From an uncultured Verrucomicrobiae bacterium (GTDB lineage: Bacteria; Verrucomicrobiota; Verrucomicrobiia; Chthoniobacterales; UBA10450), in contig CAWDGJ010000003.1 in NCBI GenBank assembly GCA_963801815.1, forward strand, positions 800,001 to 864,000: DNA of 64,000 nucleotides, written 5' to 3'. A program made the position numbers and the translations under genes. A model generated the notes under the pieces. The model was not told where the DNA came from and ran no database searches. It worked only from the letters and a program-made list of their open reading frames with translations. The first letter of the stretch is position 1. Each line of letters opens with the position of its first letter. Positions 1-9,846 of the stretch are shown here, in pieces.

Positions 1-31
1 TGCGGCCGCCACGTCTACGGCCTAACGAATT

Positions 32-841
32 ATGAGGTCTGCGTTTGGAATGAGGCGTCGCATCGTTGCGGTTGCGGTCGTCGCACTGGCCGCATCGGTT
101 GGCGCGGAAGAGATCAAGGATTTCGGTCGCGATCGGCTAAACAGTTCGCCGCGACATGCGGACTGGGTCGATATCAAATCGGGCGACCGGACAATCAAAG
201 CGTTCGTCGTTTATCCCGAGTCGAAAAACAAAACGCCGGTAGTGCTCGTGGTCAGCGAAATCTTTGGCCTAACCGATTGGGTGCGCAGTTTATGCGACGA
301 GCTCGCCGAGAACGGCGTCATCGCGATCGCGCCTGATTTGCACGGCGGCCAGAAGTTTGAAGATCTTGATGGCGCGCGCAAAGCCACCTCGGCGTTGCCG
401 AAAGAACAGGTGCAACGCGATCTCGACGCGACGGCAGATTACGCGCTTGCAAAAATTCCCGCCTCCAACGGGACGCTGGCAGTGTGCGGATTCTGCTGGG
501 GCGGAGGATGGGCGTTCAGTTACGCGCACATGAATCCGAAACTGAAGGCAGCGTATTCATTTTACGGCGTCGCGGTCGATAACGCCGACGACGCAAAGAA
601 TGTTGCCTGTCCTGTTTACGGATTCTACGCCGAGAACGACGAGCGGGTGGATGCGACAATCCCGAAAGGCGAAGAGTTAATGAAAACCGCCGGCAAGAAA
701 TACGAGCCGGTAATTTACAACGGCGCCGGCCACGGATTCATGCGTTCGGGCGAACCGAACAATCCCGCCAAGCGTGACGGCGATGTCAAAGCCCGCGACG
801 AAGCCTGGGCGCGATGGAAGATGCTGCTGAAGCAGCTGTAG
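32..841 (+). CDS. Dienelactone hydrolase family protein (exported alpha/beta hydrolase)
   Basis: EIFGL motif, GFCWGG nucleophile, AGHGF His motif; signal peptide (start may be ATG at 50). Confidence 0.9.
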   Translation: MRSAFGMRRRIVAVAVVALAASVGAEEIKDFGRDRLNSSPRHADWVDIKSGDRTIKAFVVYPESKNKTPVVLVVSEIFGLTDWVRSLCDELAENGVIAIAPDLHGGQKFEDLDGARKATSALPKEQVQRDLDATADYALAKIPASNGTLAVCGFCWGGGWAFSYAHMNPKLKAAYSFYGVAVDNADDAKNVACPVYGFYAENDERVDATIPKGEELMKTAGKKYEPVIYNGAGHGFMRSGEPNNPAKRDGDVKARDEAWARWKMLLKQL

Positions 842-969
842 CTGAAGCGCTTGTCGTTATGCTCGATCGGCTAGTCGCAGGTCTTGCTACGACCGCGCCG
901 ATCCAAGAAACACTTCACGTCACCAGATATCCTTCCTCAATATGGGTTTTGGTGTTGATGCAGGCTTTC

Positions 970-1101
970 TTATTGTTGCCGGTCGTTCTGGTGTTTGAGC
1001 GGCGGATTGTTGAAGAGCCACATGCCCTCATCGCCAAACGCACGATCGCTTAAGCCGACCGCCAACAGGCAAACAAAAGCTACCGAGAATGCTCTACCCA
1101 T
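970..1101 (-). pseudogene. Truncated N-terminal remnant of an S46 family dipeptidyl peptidase (43 aa)
   Basis: Hand translation MGRAFSVAFVCLLAVGLSDRAFG-DEGMWLFNNPPLKHQNDRQQ*; signal peptide followed by DEGMW, the typical mature N-terminus of S46 peptidases. Confidence 0.7.
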
Positions 1102-1136
1102 TCTGGCAGGATAGTCGTCATGCAAATGGCGACAAG

Positions 1137-1265
1137 CTAACGCTTGCGGCCCCGCACGTGTCCCGGAATAGCAGCCAAACCGACAATCAGAAGCACGATG
1201 AGAACGAACGTAAACCCGGCGATTAGCAGCGCCGTTGATCCCAATCCCGACAGTTCGTGCAGCAT
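1137..1265 (-). CDS. Small single-TM protein (42 aa), possibly a truncated DUF3302-like fragment
   Basis: MLHELSGLGSTALLIAGFTFVLIVLLIVGLAAIPGHVRGRKR: hydrophobic helix plus basic tail. Confidence 0.4.
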   Translation of the reverse strand: MLHELSGLGSTALLIAGFTFVLIVLLIVGLAAIPGHVRGRKR

Positions 1266-1350
1266 TAACTCTTGAGACGGCGATTCAACTGCGATGGTTA
1301 CAAAAATTGCTACGTGGACATCAAACGACAGCGCGGGCACGATTGACGCG

Positions 1351-2112
1351 ATGTTTGCGCTAAAACAACGGCGAGTGGAGCGGTTGGATTTCATTGTGCC
1401 CGGCGCGCAAAAGTCGGGCACGACGGCACTTCATTATTTCTTGAAGAAGCATCCGCAGATCGTGCTGCCGGAGCGGCAGGAACTGCATTTCTTCGACGAG
1501 GAGGAGATTTTCGCCCAGCCGGTCGACTACAAATTACTGCATCGACAGTTTCGAAGAATCCGGCGTCAAGCAATCGCGGGGGAAGTAACGCCCAGCTACC
1601 TGTATTGGAAACCGGCGATGGAGCGGATTCAGGCCTACAATCCGCAAATCAAACTCATTACTGTTCTGCGGAACCCAGTTGATCGCGCGTTTGCGCACTG
1701 GAACATGCAACGGTTCAAAGGCCGCGAGGCGCTCGATTTTCTCGAAGCGCTTAAGGAAGAACCACGCCGCATCGCACCACCGTTGTTGATCGAGTCGCGG
1801 CGGTTCGCTTACGTCGACCGCGGATTTTATTCCGTCCAGTTCGAGCGCGTCTTCAAATTGTTTCCACGAGAACAGGTGCAAATCATCAGGTTCGAAGACT
1901 TCCGCCGCCGGAAGCAAGAAACGCTCGACAGCGTTTTTGACTTTCTCGGCGTGAAACGATTGCGTGTCAGTCGCGACGAAGATCGTAATGTTGTTCCTTA
2001 CGAACGCGCGATGACGTTGGAGGAGCGAAAATACCTGCTCGCAGTATTCGCCACCGAGATCGCCAAGCTCGAGCAAATGCTCGGATGGGATTTGGCAGAC
2101 TGGAAGCGATAA
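1351..2112 (+). CDS. PAPS-dependent sulfotransferase
   Basis: 5'-PSB loop GAQKSGTTAL, ELHFFD, GEVTPSY, RNPVDRA 3'-PB motif; start uncertain (ORF opens at 1294). Confidence 0.88.
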   Translation: MFALKQRRVERLDFIVPGAQKSGTTALHYFLKKHPQIVLPERQELHFFDEEEIFAQPVDYKLLHRQFRRIRRQAIAGEVTPSYLYWKPAMERIQAYNPQIKLITVLRNPVDRAFAHWNMQRFKGREALDFLEALKEEPRRIAPPLLIESRRFAYVDRGFYSVQFERVFKLFPREQVQIIRFEDFRRRKQETLDSVFDFLGVKRLRVSRDEDRNVVPYERAMTLEERKYLLAVFATEIAKLEQMLGWDLADWKR

Positions 2113-2114
2113 CA

Positions 2115-2161
2115 GCGATAGGCGTCAATCGCCCGCGGGCGGTTCGGTGAACCGCCCGTAG
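2115..2161. repeat. Degenerate REP-like hairpin pair at a convergent gene junction
   Basis: GGGCGGTTC-GGT-GAACCGCCC hairpin next to GCGATAGGCGTCAATCGC hairpin. Confidence 0.55.
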
Positions 2162-2901
2162 CTTTTAAACTTCGGCCGCTTTTCAGGGTTTTTCGCCAAA
2201 AGAGCTTTCGACCGAAACATGCGCGCGCCTTGTGACGAAAAGAAGTCGCGCAATTCCGGAGTAAAGAACAACGAACCGTCCGGTCGCGGATTAAAATCAA
2301 GAAGAAGCCGGCCGCTTCCGTTCAGGAACCGCGATCGGATGTCGTTGATAAAGAATTCCCAGTCGGCTGCGGACCATTCGATACCATCGCGGACTTTGCC
2401 GATTCGGTGAAAGCAAATCCGATGGGCAGTGACGAGATCGAATTTTTTGCCCAGATCGGGCAGGGGAGTCTGCCGATCGATCCGGCCGACAACGCGCGGC
2501 ACGTCGAGTAACTTGATCGTCGCACTGAAAAGCGGCTCGCTATCGGTATCGAAGCCGAGAACATCGTGACCGAAATGCTTACAGACATAGAGAAAATACC
2601 CGGCGCCGGACCCGAGATCGAGAATCCGCAATGGCGCTGAACGATCGAGCCAGAGGTCTTGCGCGCGCTCGATGTTGATGTCGATCCAATAAGCGATGTC
2701 TTCAAAGCGATTGATTTGCGGCGAACCCGGGCGATACGGACATTTGTGTCGCAAGTCTTTGAATTGTAACCAATCGATGTCGTCCAGAATCTCGCGGTTA
2801 TTGACTGGATGCATCGAGCGGTTGAGATGTTCCCAGGCGCTGGCAAACAGGTCGGGCGAAAACAGCTTCCGGAGCTTGCGTGAGAATCTCATTGCGGCCA
2901 A
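2125..2901 (-). CDS. Class I SAM-dependent methyltransferase
   Basis: ILDLGSGAG motif I, FDLVTA motif. Confidence 0.8.
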   Translation of the reverse strand: MAAMRFSRKLRKLFSPDLFASAWEHLNRSMHPVNNREILDDIDWLQFKDLRHKCPYRPGSPQINRFEDIAYWIDINIERAQDLWLDRSAPLRILDLGSGAGYFLYVCKHFGHDVLGFDTDSEPLFSATIKLLDVPRVVGRIDRQTPLPDLGKKFDLVTAHRICFHRIGKVRDGIEWSAADWEFFINDIRSRFLNGSGRLLLDFNPRPDGSLFFTPELRDFFSSQGARMFRSKALLAKNPEKRPKFKSYGRFTEPPAGD

Positions 2902-2940
2902 CTAATGCTGCGCGTAATTGACGGACTCTGCTGAGCGGGC

Positions 2941-3945
2941 GTGATGATGCAACAGTCGAAACGAATTCTTCTCATTGGACTCGGACGCTGGGGGGTGAAT
3001 CACCTTCGCGTTTTGCAAACGATGCCGGTCGAGCTGTTCGTCGCGGACAGCGATCCGGCGCGGCTAAATTCTGCAAATGTGCCGCAAAGCCATCGGGCCG
3101 CTGACGCAACCTCGCTTTTTCCGATCATCGATGCCGCAGTTGTAGTAACTCCGGCGCATACACATTTTGAATTTTGCCGCAATCTGCTCGAAGCCGGCAA
3201 GGATGTGTTTGTCGAAAAACCGATCACGATGACGTCCGCCGACGCGAAAAAACTCGTCGAACTTGCAAAACGTTCGGGACTGATTCTGCAAGTCGGTCAC
3301 ATCTTCCGGTTCGACCCGGCGTCGGTCTGGATGCGGGACGCAATCGCGCAAGGCCGTTTTGGCGAGATCAAAATGTTGCGCGCAAATTTTAGCGGCTTCA
3401 AGCGTCCGCGTCAGGACACCGGCGTGACCTTCGCCGACAGTATTCACTTCATCGATCTGTTTCGGTTTTTGCTTGGCCGTTCGCCGCGGCGCGTTCACGC
3501 GGTAATGCGCAATTTCATGGGCCGCGAAGACCAGATGGATGATGAATCGCTAATTGTTTTGGAATACGATCGCGACGACAGCCCTCCGATCCTCGCGACG
3601 GTTGAGGCTGGCTATCATTTGCCGGGAAAAGTGCGCCAACTGGCCATCGTCGGCAATAATTCGTCGGCTATCTGCGATTACAATGTTGCGCAGTACAAGA
3701 TTAAAACGTTTGAGAACAGGCACGTCAGTGAGGGCGGCGAGGTAAGAGCGAAAGAAGGCGAGATGCATCAACTCGAGTTTCCACCGGAGGAACCGCTTCG
3801 AGCGGAACTGGCGGCGTTTCTTAACGTGATTGAAACGAGACGTCCGCCGTTGGTCGATGGAGCCGATGGAACGGAGGCGGTGCGCGTAGTCGAAGCCGCG
3901 CTCGAATCGGCACGCACCGGAAACTGGGTCGACATAAGCGAATGA
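2941..3945 (+). CDS. Gfo/Idh/MocA family oxidoreductase (probable NDP-sugar dehydrogenase)
   Basis: IGLGRWG Rossmann motif, VFVEKP, VGHIFRF, DSIH. Confidence 0.9.
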   Translation: MMMQQSKRILLIGLGRWGVNHLRVLQTMPVELFVADSDPARLNSANVPQSHRAADATSLFPIIDAAVVVTPAHTHFEFCRNLLEAGKDVFVEKPITMTSADAKKLVELAKRSGLILQVGHIFRFDPASVWMRDAIAQGRFGEIKMLRANFSGFKRPRQDTGVTFADSIHFIDLFRFLLGRSPRRVHAVMRNFMGREDQMDDESLIVLEYDRDDSPPILATVEAGYHLPGKVRQLAIVGNNSSAICDYNVAQYKIKTFENRHVSEGGEVRAKEGEMHQLEFPPEEPLRAELAAFLNVIETRRPPLVDGADGTEAVRVVEAALESARTGNWVDISE

Positions 3946-5069
3946 CGGAGATGAAGAAGATTCCGTTATCGAAAGTTTTCGTGGATGACGAAATTCGCGA
4001 AGCCGGTCTTCGTGCGATGAATTCAGGCTGGTACATCCTGGCCAAAGAATGTGAAGCATTCGAGGCGGAGCTCGCGGCCTACGTGGGGACGAAAGAAGCT
4101 GTGCTTTGCTCGAATTGGACGAGCGGCGTGTTGATGCTGCATCACGCGATGGGCGTATGCCCCGGCGACGAAATCCTTGTGCCGTCGCACACGGCGTTTC
4201 CGTCAATCGAGCCAATGATTCATCGCGGTGCGCGACCTGTTTTCATCGACATCGACGAGACCTATTGCATCGATGTCGACGAACTCGAAGCGGCAATGAG
4301 CGCGCGCACGATAGGAATCTTGCCGGTGCACCTTTACGGGCATCCCGCGAACATGGACGGAATTCTACTGGCCGCGAAGAAACACGGGTTGTGGGTCGTG
4401 GAAGATTGCGCCCAGGCATTCGGCGCGCAGTATCGCGGTCAAACTGTTGGATCGATCGCCGGATCCGGGGCGTTTTCCTTTTTCCCGTCAAAAAACCTCA
4501 CCGTAATGGGGGATGGCGGTTGCATCACGACGAACGATCCCGGGTTGGCAAAAAAACTACGGATGCTGCGTGACCACGGCCGCAGCTCGAAGTACGTTCA
4601 CGATTTTGTCGGTTACAATTTTCGGTTCAACGAAGTACAAGCAGCGATTGGGCGAGTCGAGCTGCGCAACATTGACAAGTTGAATGAACATCGGCGCGAG
4701 ATCGCGGCGCGGTACAACGAACGGCTGGAGGGCGTGGTTAAGACTCCTCCTGAGCGACCGTGGGCGCGGCACGTTTATCATATGTACGTCGTCGCGACTG
4801 AACGGCGCGATTCGCTCGCAGAGTTCTTGAAAGAGAAAGGCATCGCTACGGGCATTCATTATCCGATCGCGAACCATCAACAGCCGGCGATGAGGAAGAT
4901 GTATTCTGATTTACCGCGTTTGCCAAGAACGGAGGAGGCGGTGACGCAAATCCTTTCGCTTCCAATTTATGGCGATCTGCCGATCGAAGATGTCGATTAC
5001 GTTTGCGACGCGATCCTGGAATTCTTTGGAAAATCCGTCACGGCGAATCTGTCTGAAGGCGGAAAATGA
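3942..5069 (+). CDS. DegT/DnrJ/EryC1/StrS PLP-dependent sugar aminotransferase
   Basis: VHLYGHP, VEDCAQA, FSFFPSKNL (PLP lysine), GYNFR. Confidence 0.95.
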   Translation: MTEMKKIPLSKVFVDDEIREAGLRAMNSGWYILAKECEAFEAELAAYVGTKEAVLCSNWTSGVLMLHHAMGVCPGDEILVPSHTAFPSIEPMIHRGARPVFIDIDETYCIDVDELEAAMSARTIGILPVHLYGHPANMDGILLAAKKHGLWVVEDCAQAFGAQYRGQTVGSIAGSGAFSFFPSKNLTVMGDGGCITTNDPGLAKKLRMLRDHGRSSKYVHDFVGYNFRFNEVQAAIGRVELRNIDKLNEHRREIAARYNERLEGVVKTPPERPWARHVYHMYVVATERRDSLAEFLKEKGIATGIHYPIANHQQPAMRKMYSDLPRLPRTEEAVTQILSLPIYGDLPIEDVDYVCDAILEFFGKSVTANLSEGGK

Positions 5070-5800
5070 CCACGCCAGAGCTGAGCGTTGTGATTCCGTG
5101 TCACAATGAGGCAGAGAATCTGCGGCCGTTGCTGGCGGCAATTCAGCGCGCTGTCGAGCCGACCGGTTTGGATTACGAGGTGGTGATCACAGACGATTGC
5201 AGCACTGACGATTCGTGGAGCGTCTTGCAACAGCTCGCCGCGGCCGATGCGCGGATTCGCGCGCAGCGTTTCAAGTTCAATTGCGGCGAATCGGCGGCGA
5301 GTTGGGCGGGAATGCAGATCGCGCGGGGCCGCTACATCGCAACCCTGGACGCCGATTTGCAAAACGATCCGAAAGATCTGCCGGCGATGATGAAAGCGTT
5401 GCGCGACTTCGATTGTGTCTGCGGCACCCGGGTCGACTCCCGAGGCGAAGGGGACAGCTGGCTTCGGATAGCTTCGTCGCGCATCGCCAATTGGGTCCGC
5501 AACAAATTATCCGGCGAAAACATCAGCGACGCCGGCTGCACTTATCGTGTGTTCAAACGCGAATGCATTTCGCGGATCAAATTCTTCAACGGCGCACACC
5601 GCTTTCTCCCGACGTTAATCAAGCTCGAAGGATTTAGCGTTACCGAAGTCCCGGTGTCGAACAATCCGCGTCACGCCGGCCAAAGTCATTACGGAGTTTG
5701 GAACCGGTTGTTCAAATCTTTTCGGGATTTGCTTGCCGTCCGATGGATGAAGTCGAGAAGATTGCGCTACGAAGTTGGTGAATCCCTGAATTGTCTATGA
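5066..5800 (+). CDS. GT2 polyprenol-phosphate glycosyltransferase (DPM1/ArnC-like)
   Basis: SVVIPCHNE, DDCSTD, LDADLQNDP, ISDAGC. Confidence 0.9.
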   Translation: MTTPELSVVIPCHNEAENLRPLLAAIQRAVEPTGLDYEVVITDDCSTDDSWSVLQQLAAADARIRAQRFKFNCGESAASWAGMQIARGRYIATLDADLQNDPKDLPAMMKALRDFDCVCGTRVDSRGEGDSWLRIASSRIANWVRNKLSGENISDAGCTYRVFKRECISRIKFFNGAHRFLPTLIKLEGFSVTEVPVSNNPRHAGQSHYGVWNRLFKSFRDLLAVRWMKSRRLRYEVGESLNCL

Positions 5801-6189
5801 ATAATTTCTTTATCGCCGCGACGTGGATGGGCCAGGAACATCGTGTTCTCGGCCTGGACTGGAACTATTTGGTGATAATCGGCCTGATAGGCAACGCGAC
5901 TTTCTCGATGCGTTTTCTGGTGCAATGGTACGCGTCGGAAAAGCGAGGCGAAAGCGTCATTCCGGTCTCGTTCTGGTACTGGAGCATCGGCGGCAGCATC
6001 ATCATGTTCCTCTACTTTCTGTTTCGACGTGATCCTGTCGGCGTCATAGCGTATCTGCCCAATTCCATCATCTACATTCGCAATCTGATGCTGATTCGAA
6101 AGCGGAAGTTCGCCTACACTGCCGCGACACCATCTCAACATCCACGAGAGACAAGTAACGATGATGACGAAAACGGACCCGCGCGTTGA
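5797..6189 (+). CDS. Lipid A biosynthesis N-terminal (LAB_N) domain small membrane protein
   Basis: RFLVQWYASEKRGESVIPVSFWYWSIGG...RDPV...IYIRNL signature. Confidence 0.88.
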   Translation: MNNFFIAATWMGQEHRVLGLDWNYLVIIGLIGNATFSMRFLVQWYASEKRGESVIPVSFWYWSIGGSIIMFLYFLFRRDPVGVIAYLPNSIIYIRNLMLIRKRKFAYTAATPSQHPRETSNDDDENGPAR

Positions 6190-6751
6190 CGCCTATATTA
6201 AGAAAGCGCAGCCATTTGCCCGCCCAATCCTGAAACGGTTGCGGAAGCTCGTTCACAAAGGCTGTCCGCTTTGCGTCGAGTCGATCAAGTGGCAGTCGCC
6301 GTTTTTCGATTACAAGGGACCGGTCTGTTTCATGGCCGCGTTTAAGGAACACGCCGCGTTTGGTTTTTGGAAAGGCAAACTGTTGTTTAGCGGCAAATAC
6401 AAAGGCGCGATGGGACATTTCGGTCGGATCACGTCGCTCAAAGACCTGCCGAGTGACCGGAAATTGACCGGATACGTTCGTAGAGCGGCCCAGTTGAACG
6501 AAAGGGGAGTGAAAACGTCTCGGCCGCGTTCGAATCCAAGACGAAAGGTAGTCGTGCCGGCAGATCTCAAGGCGGCGCTGCTGAAAAACGCGAAAGCGCG
6601 AAAGACATTCGAAACCTTCAGTTACAGCCATAAAAAGGAATACGTGGATTGGATCACCGGCGCGAAGCGAGACGAAACGCGGCAGAAGCGCTTGAAGACG
6701 ACGATCCAGTGGCTTGCCGAAGGCAAACCACAGAACTGGCGATACATGTAA
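6161..6751 (+). CDS. YdeI/OmpD-associated family protein (DUF1801 + OmdA)
   Basis: DPRVDAYI...ESIKWQSP; C-terminal SHKKEYVDWITGAKRDETRQKR. Confidence 0.88.
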   Translation: MMTKTDPRVDAYIKKAQPFARPILKRLRKLVHKGCPLCVESIKWQSPFFDYKGPVCFMAAFKEHAAFGFWKGKLLFSGKYKGAMGHFGRITSLKDLPSDRKLTGYVRRAAQLNERGVKTSRPRSNPRRKVVVPADLKAALLKNAKARKTFETFSYSHKKEYVDWITGAKRDETRQKRLKTTIQWLAEGKPQNWRYM

Positions 6752-6794
6752 TCACCGTTGTTGTAGCTGTCGGCACCTCGGGCGGGCAGTTCTG

Positions 6795-7589
6795 TTACGG
6801 ATTGCCAACAAACCGCGCAAGATCTCCCGGCAACTCAGACGTCCATTCATGCTTGTTCTTGATCGCGAGCTTCGCGGAATGCAAAGCCTGGTGAGGCAAA
6901 AGTAATTCGCGCTCCAATTTCCATGTCCAGCCGGTCTCGATGAATTCCAAATAAAGTTTTTCGTTTGGCCCGTAGATCTTGTCGCCAACAATCGGGTGGC
7001 CAACCGAGGCGAGATGGACTCGGATCTGATGAGTGCGTCCGGTTCGCGGAATTGCGCGAATCAAGGCGAACTCATTTTCGGTGGTTGTCGATCCTTCGAT
7101 TGCGTTCAAGACAGGCCTTGCAAATCGTCGGTCGACGCGCAGTTCTGTTACAGCTTCCGCACCGCTCGGATGAATCGTTTGTTTCAACCAAATCGCGGAT
7201 GGCTGATGTTTTCCCTGTCGATCGAGCGGCGCGTCGACGATTTTCGTTTCCCAATCCGGCCAACCCCAGACAATCGCGAGATATTCTTTGTGGACGGCGT
7301 GCCCTTGCATGAGCAGACCAAAGCGGCGGGCGGCCGCTGCCGTTTTTGCAACCAGGACGAGTCCACTCGTTTCGCGGTCCAGCCGGTTCACGATTGAAAC
7401 CTGTCCGCCATTGGCGATTTCAAACGCGAGCAGCTCGCGCAATTGTTTCCACAGCGTCATCCGCTGATCAGGCTTGGTTGGGTGCGTCAAAAGAAAAGCC
7501 GGCTTGTCCACCACGATGTAATCGCCGGTTTCATCGACAACGTTGAAGGGTGGCAGTGAAGCCGGCTGCGAAACAGAAATGTTCGACAT
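6795..7589 (-). CDS. RluA family RNA pseudouridine synthase
   Basis: VVDKPAFLLTHP, NRLDRETSGL (catalytic Asp), TGRTHQIRVHL, GDKIYG; start reassigned to MSNISV. Confidence 0.92.
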   Translation of the reverse strand: MSNISVSQPASLPPFNVVDETGDYIVVDKPAFLLTHPTKPDQRMTLWKQLRELLAFEIANGGQVSIVNRLDRETSGLVLVAKTAAAARRFGLLMQGHAVHKEYLAIVWGWPDWETKIVDAPLDRQGKHQPSAIWLKQTIHPSGAEAVTELRVDRRFARPVLNAIEGSTTTENEFALIRAIPRTGRTHQIRVHLASVGHPIVGDKIYGPNEKLYLEFIETGWTWKLERELLLPHQALHSAKLAIKNKHEWTSELPGDLARFVGNP

Positions 7590-7921
7590 GCTCGCTTCGA
7601 TTCTTCTAGTCATTCCGATTGCAATCCGTGGCGGGTTGGCCGCCGCAGCTGTCCTGGTTTGCGTTGTCCTCGAGATTACGTTCGGCACGTTTTCCAGCAA
7701 GTATTCGGTCCGGGAGAACTTTTCCGAGCAGTTGGAACTCCTCCCGCCGTTAATTTTTTCTTCATTTACCGCCGGCGGTGTTCGGGTCGTTTTTGCTGGC
7801 CAGGCGGTTTCAGCCGGGTGGACGTGAGTGTTGTCCGACGCCCTACCACGGGGCACAGACTTGACCTACCCGGCAAAACCGCTTTACCTAACCACCTCAC
7901 TCGAACTAGGGAAACTACGCC

Positions 7922-8374
7922 GTGGAGCTCAAAGAAATCAAAGCCATCATCGATTTGATGAAGGAAAACGACCTCTCCACTTTCGAAATGGAGAAGGACG
8001 GCTTTCGCTTAAAGCTGCAAAAAGGCCTGGGCGATCAACCGATCGTCGTCTCCGCGGCTGCGCCCGCGGGAACCGCGCCCGGAGTTGCGACTGGGCCAAC
8101 AACCGCAGGGACCGAAGGAGTGTCTTCGGCTGGCGCCGGCCTCAAAGACATCAGTTCGCCAATGGTCGGAACTTTTTATCGCGCGGCCTCGCCCGATTCC
8201 TCAGCCTTTGTCGACGTTGGAACAAAAGTGACGGAGGACACGGTGGTTTGCATTATCGAAGCGATGAAAGTGATGAACGAAATCAAAGCGGAAACCAACG
8301 GCGTGATCGCCGAAGTCGTGGCCGAAAACAGCAAACCCGTCCAATTCGGCCAGGTGCTTTTCAGAGTTCGTTAG
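7922..8374 (+). CDS. accB: Acetyl-CoA carboxylase biotin carboxyl carrier protein
   Basis: SPMVGTFY, EAMKVMNEI biotinylation motif; upstream of accC. Confidence 0.97.
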   Translation: MELKEIKAIIDLMKENDLSTFEMEKDGFRLKLQKGLGDQPIVVSAAAPAGTAPGVATGPTTAGTEGVSSAGAGLKDISSPMVGTFYRAASPDSSAFVDVGTKVTEDTVVCIIEAMKVMNEIKAETNGVIAEVVAENSKPVQFGQVLFRVR

Positions 8375-8454
8375 TTGAGAGTTGATCGTTGATAGATTTC
8401 AAGCTCAACGGTCGCTTCAGTCAGCTATCAACTATCAACTAAAAACTCTCAGCT
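8372..8454. repeat. Inverted heptamer tandem arrays (GTTGATA / TATCAAC)
   Basis: gttgaga-gttgatc-gttgata ... ctatcaa-ctatcaa-ctaaaaa-ctctcag between accB and accC. Confidence 0.75.
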
Positions 8455-8455
8455 G

Positions 8456-9841
8456 ATGTTTGAGAAAGTCTTGATTGCCAATCGCGGTGAAATCGCGCTG
8501 CGTGTGATTCGCGCGTGCAAAGAACTCGGCATCCGTACGCTCGCCGTTTACTCCGACGCCGACGTGGATTCGTTGCACGTGCAACTTGCGGATGAAGCGA
8601 TTTGCATCGGAGCGGCGCCGAGCTCGGAATCCTATCTAAAGGTCGAGCGCATCATGAGCGCTGCCGAGATCGGCGATGTCGACGCGATCCATCCCGGTTA
8701 CGGATTTCTCGCCGAGAACGCGCACTTCGCCGAGGTCGCTGAAAGTTGCAAAATAAAATTCATCGGGCCGCCGTCGCACGTCATTCAAAAAATGGGAGAT
8801 AAGGACATGGCGCGCGCGTGCGCCCGCAAAGCCGGCGTCCCGATTACGCCCGGCAGTGACGGCATCGTCGCGGACGACAAGGAAGCAACCAAGGTTGCGA
8901 AAAAAATTGGTTATCCTGTGATGATTAAAGCCGTGGCCGGTGGTGGTGGCCGAGGAATGCGCGCAGCTCACAACGAATCGAGCTTGATCACCGGGTTTCA
9001 CAGCGCGCGGATGGAAGCGGAGAAGGCGTTCGGCAATCCCGAGGTTTACATCGAGAAATTGATCATAAATCCGCACCACATCGAGTTTCAGGTCATTGCC
9101 GATAGCCACGGTCATGTGATTCATCTCGGCGAACGCGATTGTTCGATTCAACGTCGCAATCAAAAAGTCATCGAGGAGTGTCCGTCGCCATTTCTTACAC
9201 CGTCGCTGCGCAAGAAAATGGGAAATGCGGCAGTGAAGCTCGCCAAAGTGATTGGATACGAAAACGCCGGGACGATCGAGTTCCTGGTCGATGACGAGCG
9301 AAATTTCTACTTCATGGAGATGAACACTCGCATTCAGGTCGAGCACACCATCACTGAAGAAGCTTACGGGTGCGATTTGGTGAAAGAGCAAATTCGCATC
9401 GCCGCTGGCGAGCCGCTCTCAAAACATGTTGCGCACGCTGAGCTGCATTCACACGCAATCCAATGCCGAATCAATGCCGAAGATCCGGCCGCTAATTTCC
9501 AACCGTCGCCCGGTCGAATTAAGTTTTATTACGCGCCCGGCGGTCGCGGCGTTCGGGTCGATTCCCATGCTTACACCGGTTACACCGTTCCGCCATACTA
9601 CGATTCGCTGATTTCAAAACTTATCACCGTCGGGGCGACTCGGGAATCGGCGATTGACCGGATGCGGCGCGCGCTGGACGAATATTACGTCACCGGAATC
9701 AAGACGACGGTACCATTTCACGCTGCGATTATGCGCAGCGGCGAATTCCGGGACGGCAAGTACGATACCGGCTTCGTCGAGCGAATCATGTCGTCAGAGA
9801 AATTCCATTTGGTTCCGCCGCTGGCGAAGCTTCACGAGTAA
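8456..9841 (+). CDS. accC: Acetyl-CoA carboxylase biotin carboxylase subunit
   Basis: [43 protein letters not shown]. Confidence 0.98.
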   Translation: MFEKVLIANRGEIALRVIRACKELGIRTLAVYSDADVDSLHVQLADEAICIGAAPSSESYLKVERIMSAAEIGDVDAIHPGYGFLAENAHFAEVAESCKIKFIGPPSHVIQKMGDKDMARACARKAGVPITPGSDGIVADDKEATKVAKKIGYPVMIKAVAGGGGRGMRAAHNESSLITGFHSARMEAEKAFGNPEVYIEKLIINPHHIEFQVIADSHGHVIHLGERDCSIQRRNQKVIEECPSPFLTPSLRKKMGNAAVKLAKVIGYENAGTIEFLVDDERNFYFMEMNTRIQVEHTITEEAYGCDLVKEQIRIAAGEPLSKHVAHAELHSHAIQCRINAEDPAANFQPSPGRIKFYYAPGGRGVRVDSHAYTGYTVPPYYDSLISKLITVGATRESAIDRMRRALDEYYVTGIKTTVPFHAAIMRSGEFRDGKYDTGFVERIMSSEKFHLVPPLAKLHE

Positions 9842-9846
9842 GCGTT

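Noticed and set aside
7590..7856. N-terminal extension of RluA, or a plus-strand membrane ORF (7543..7827)
   Set aside because: No recognisable motifs; cannot choose between frames
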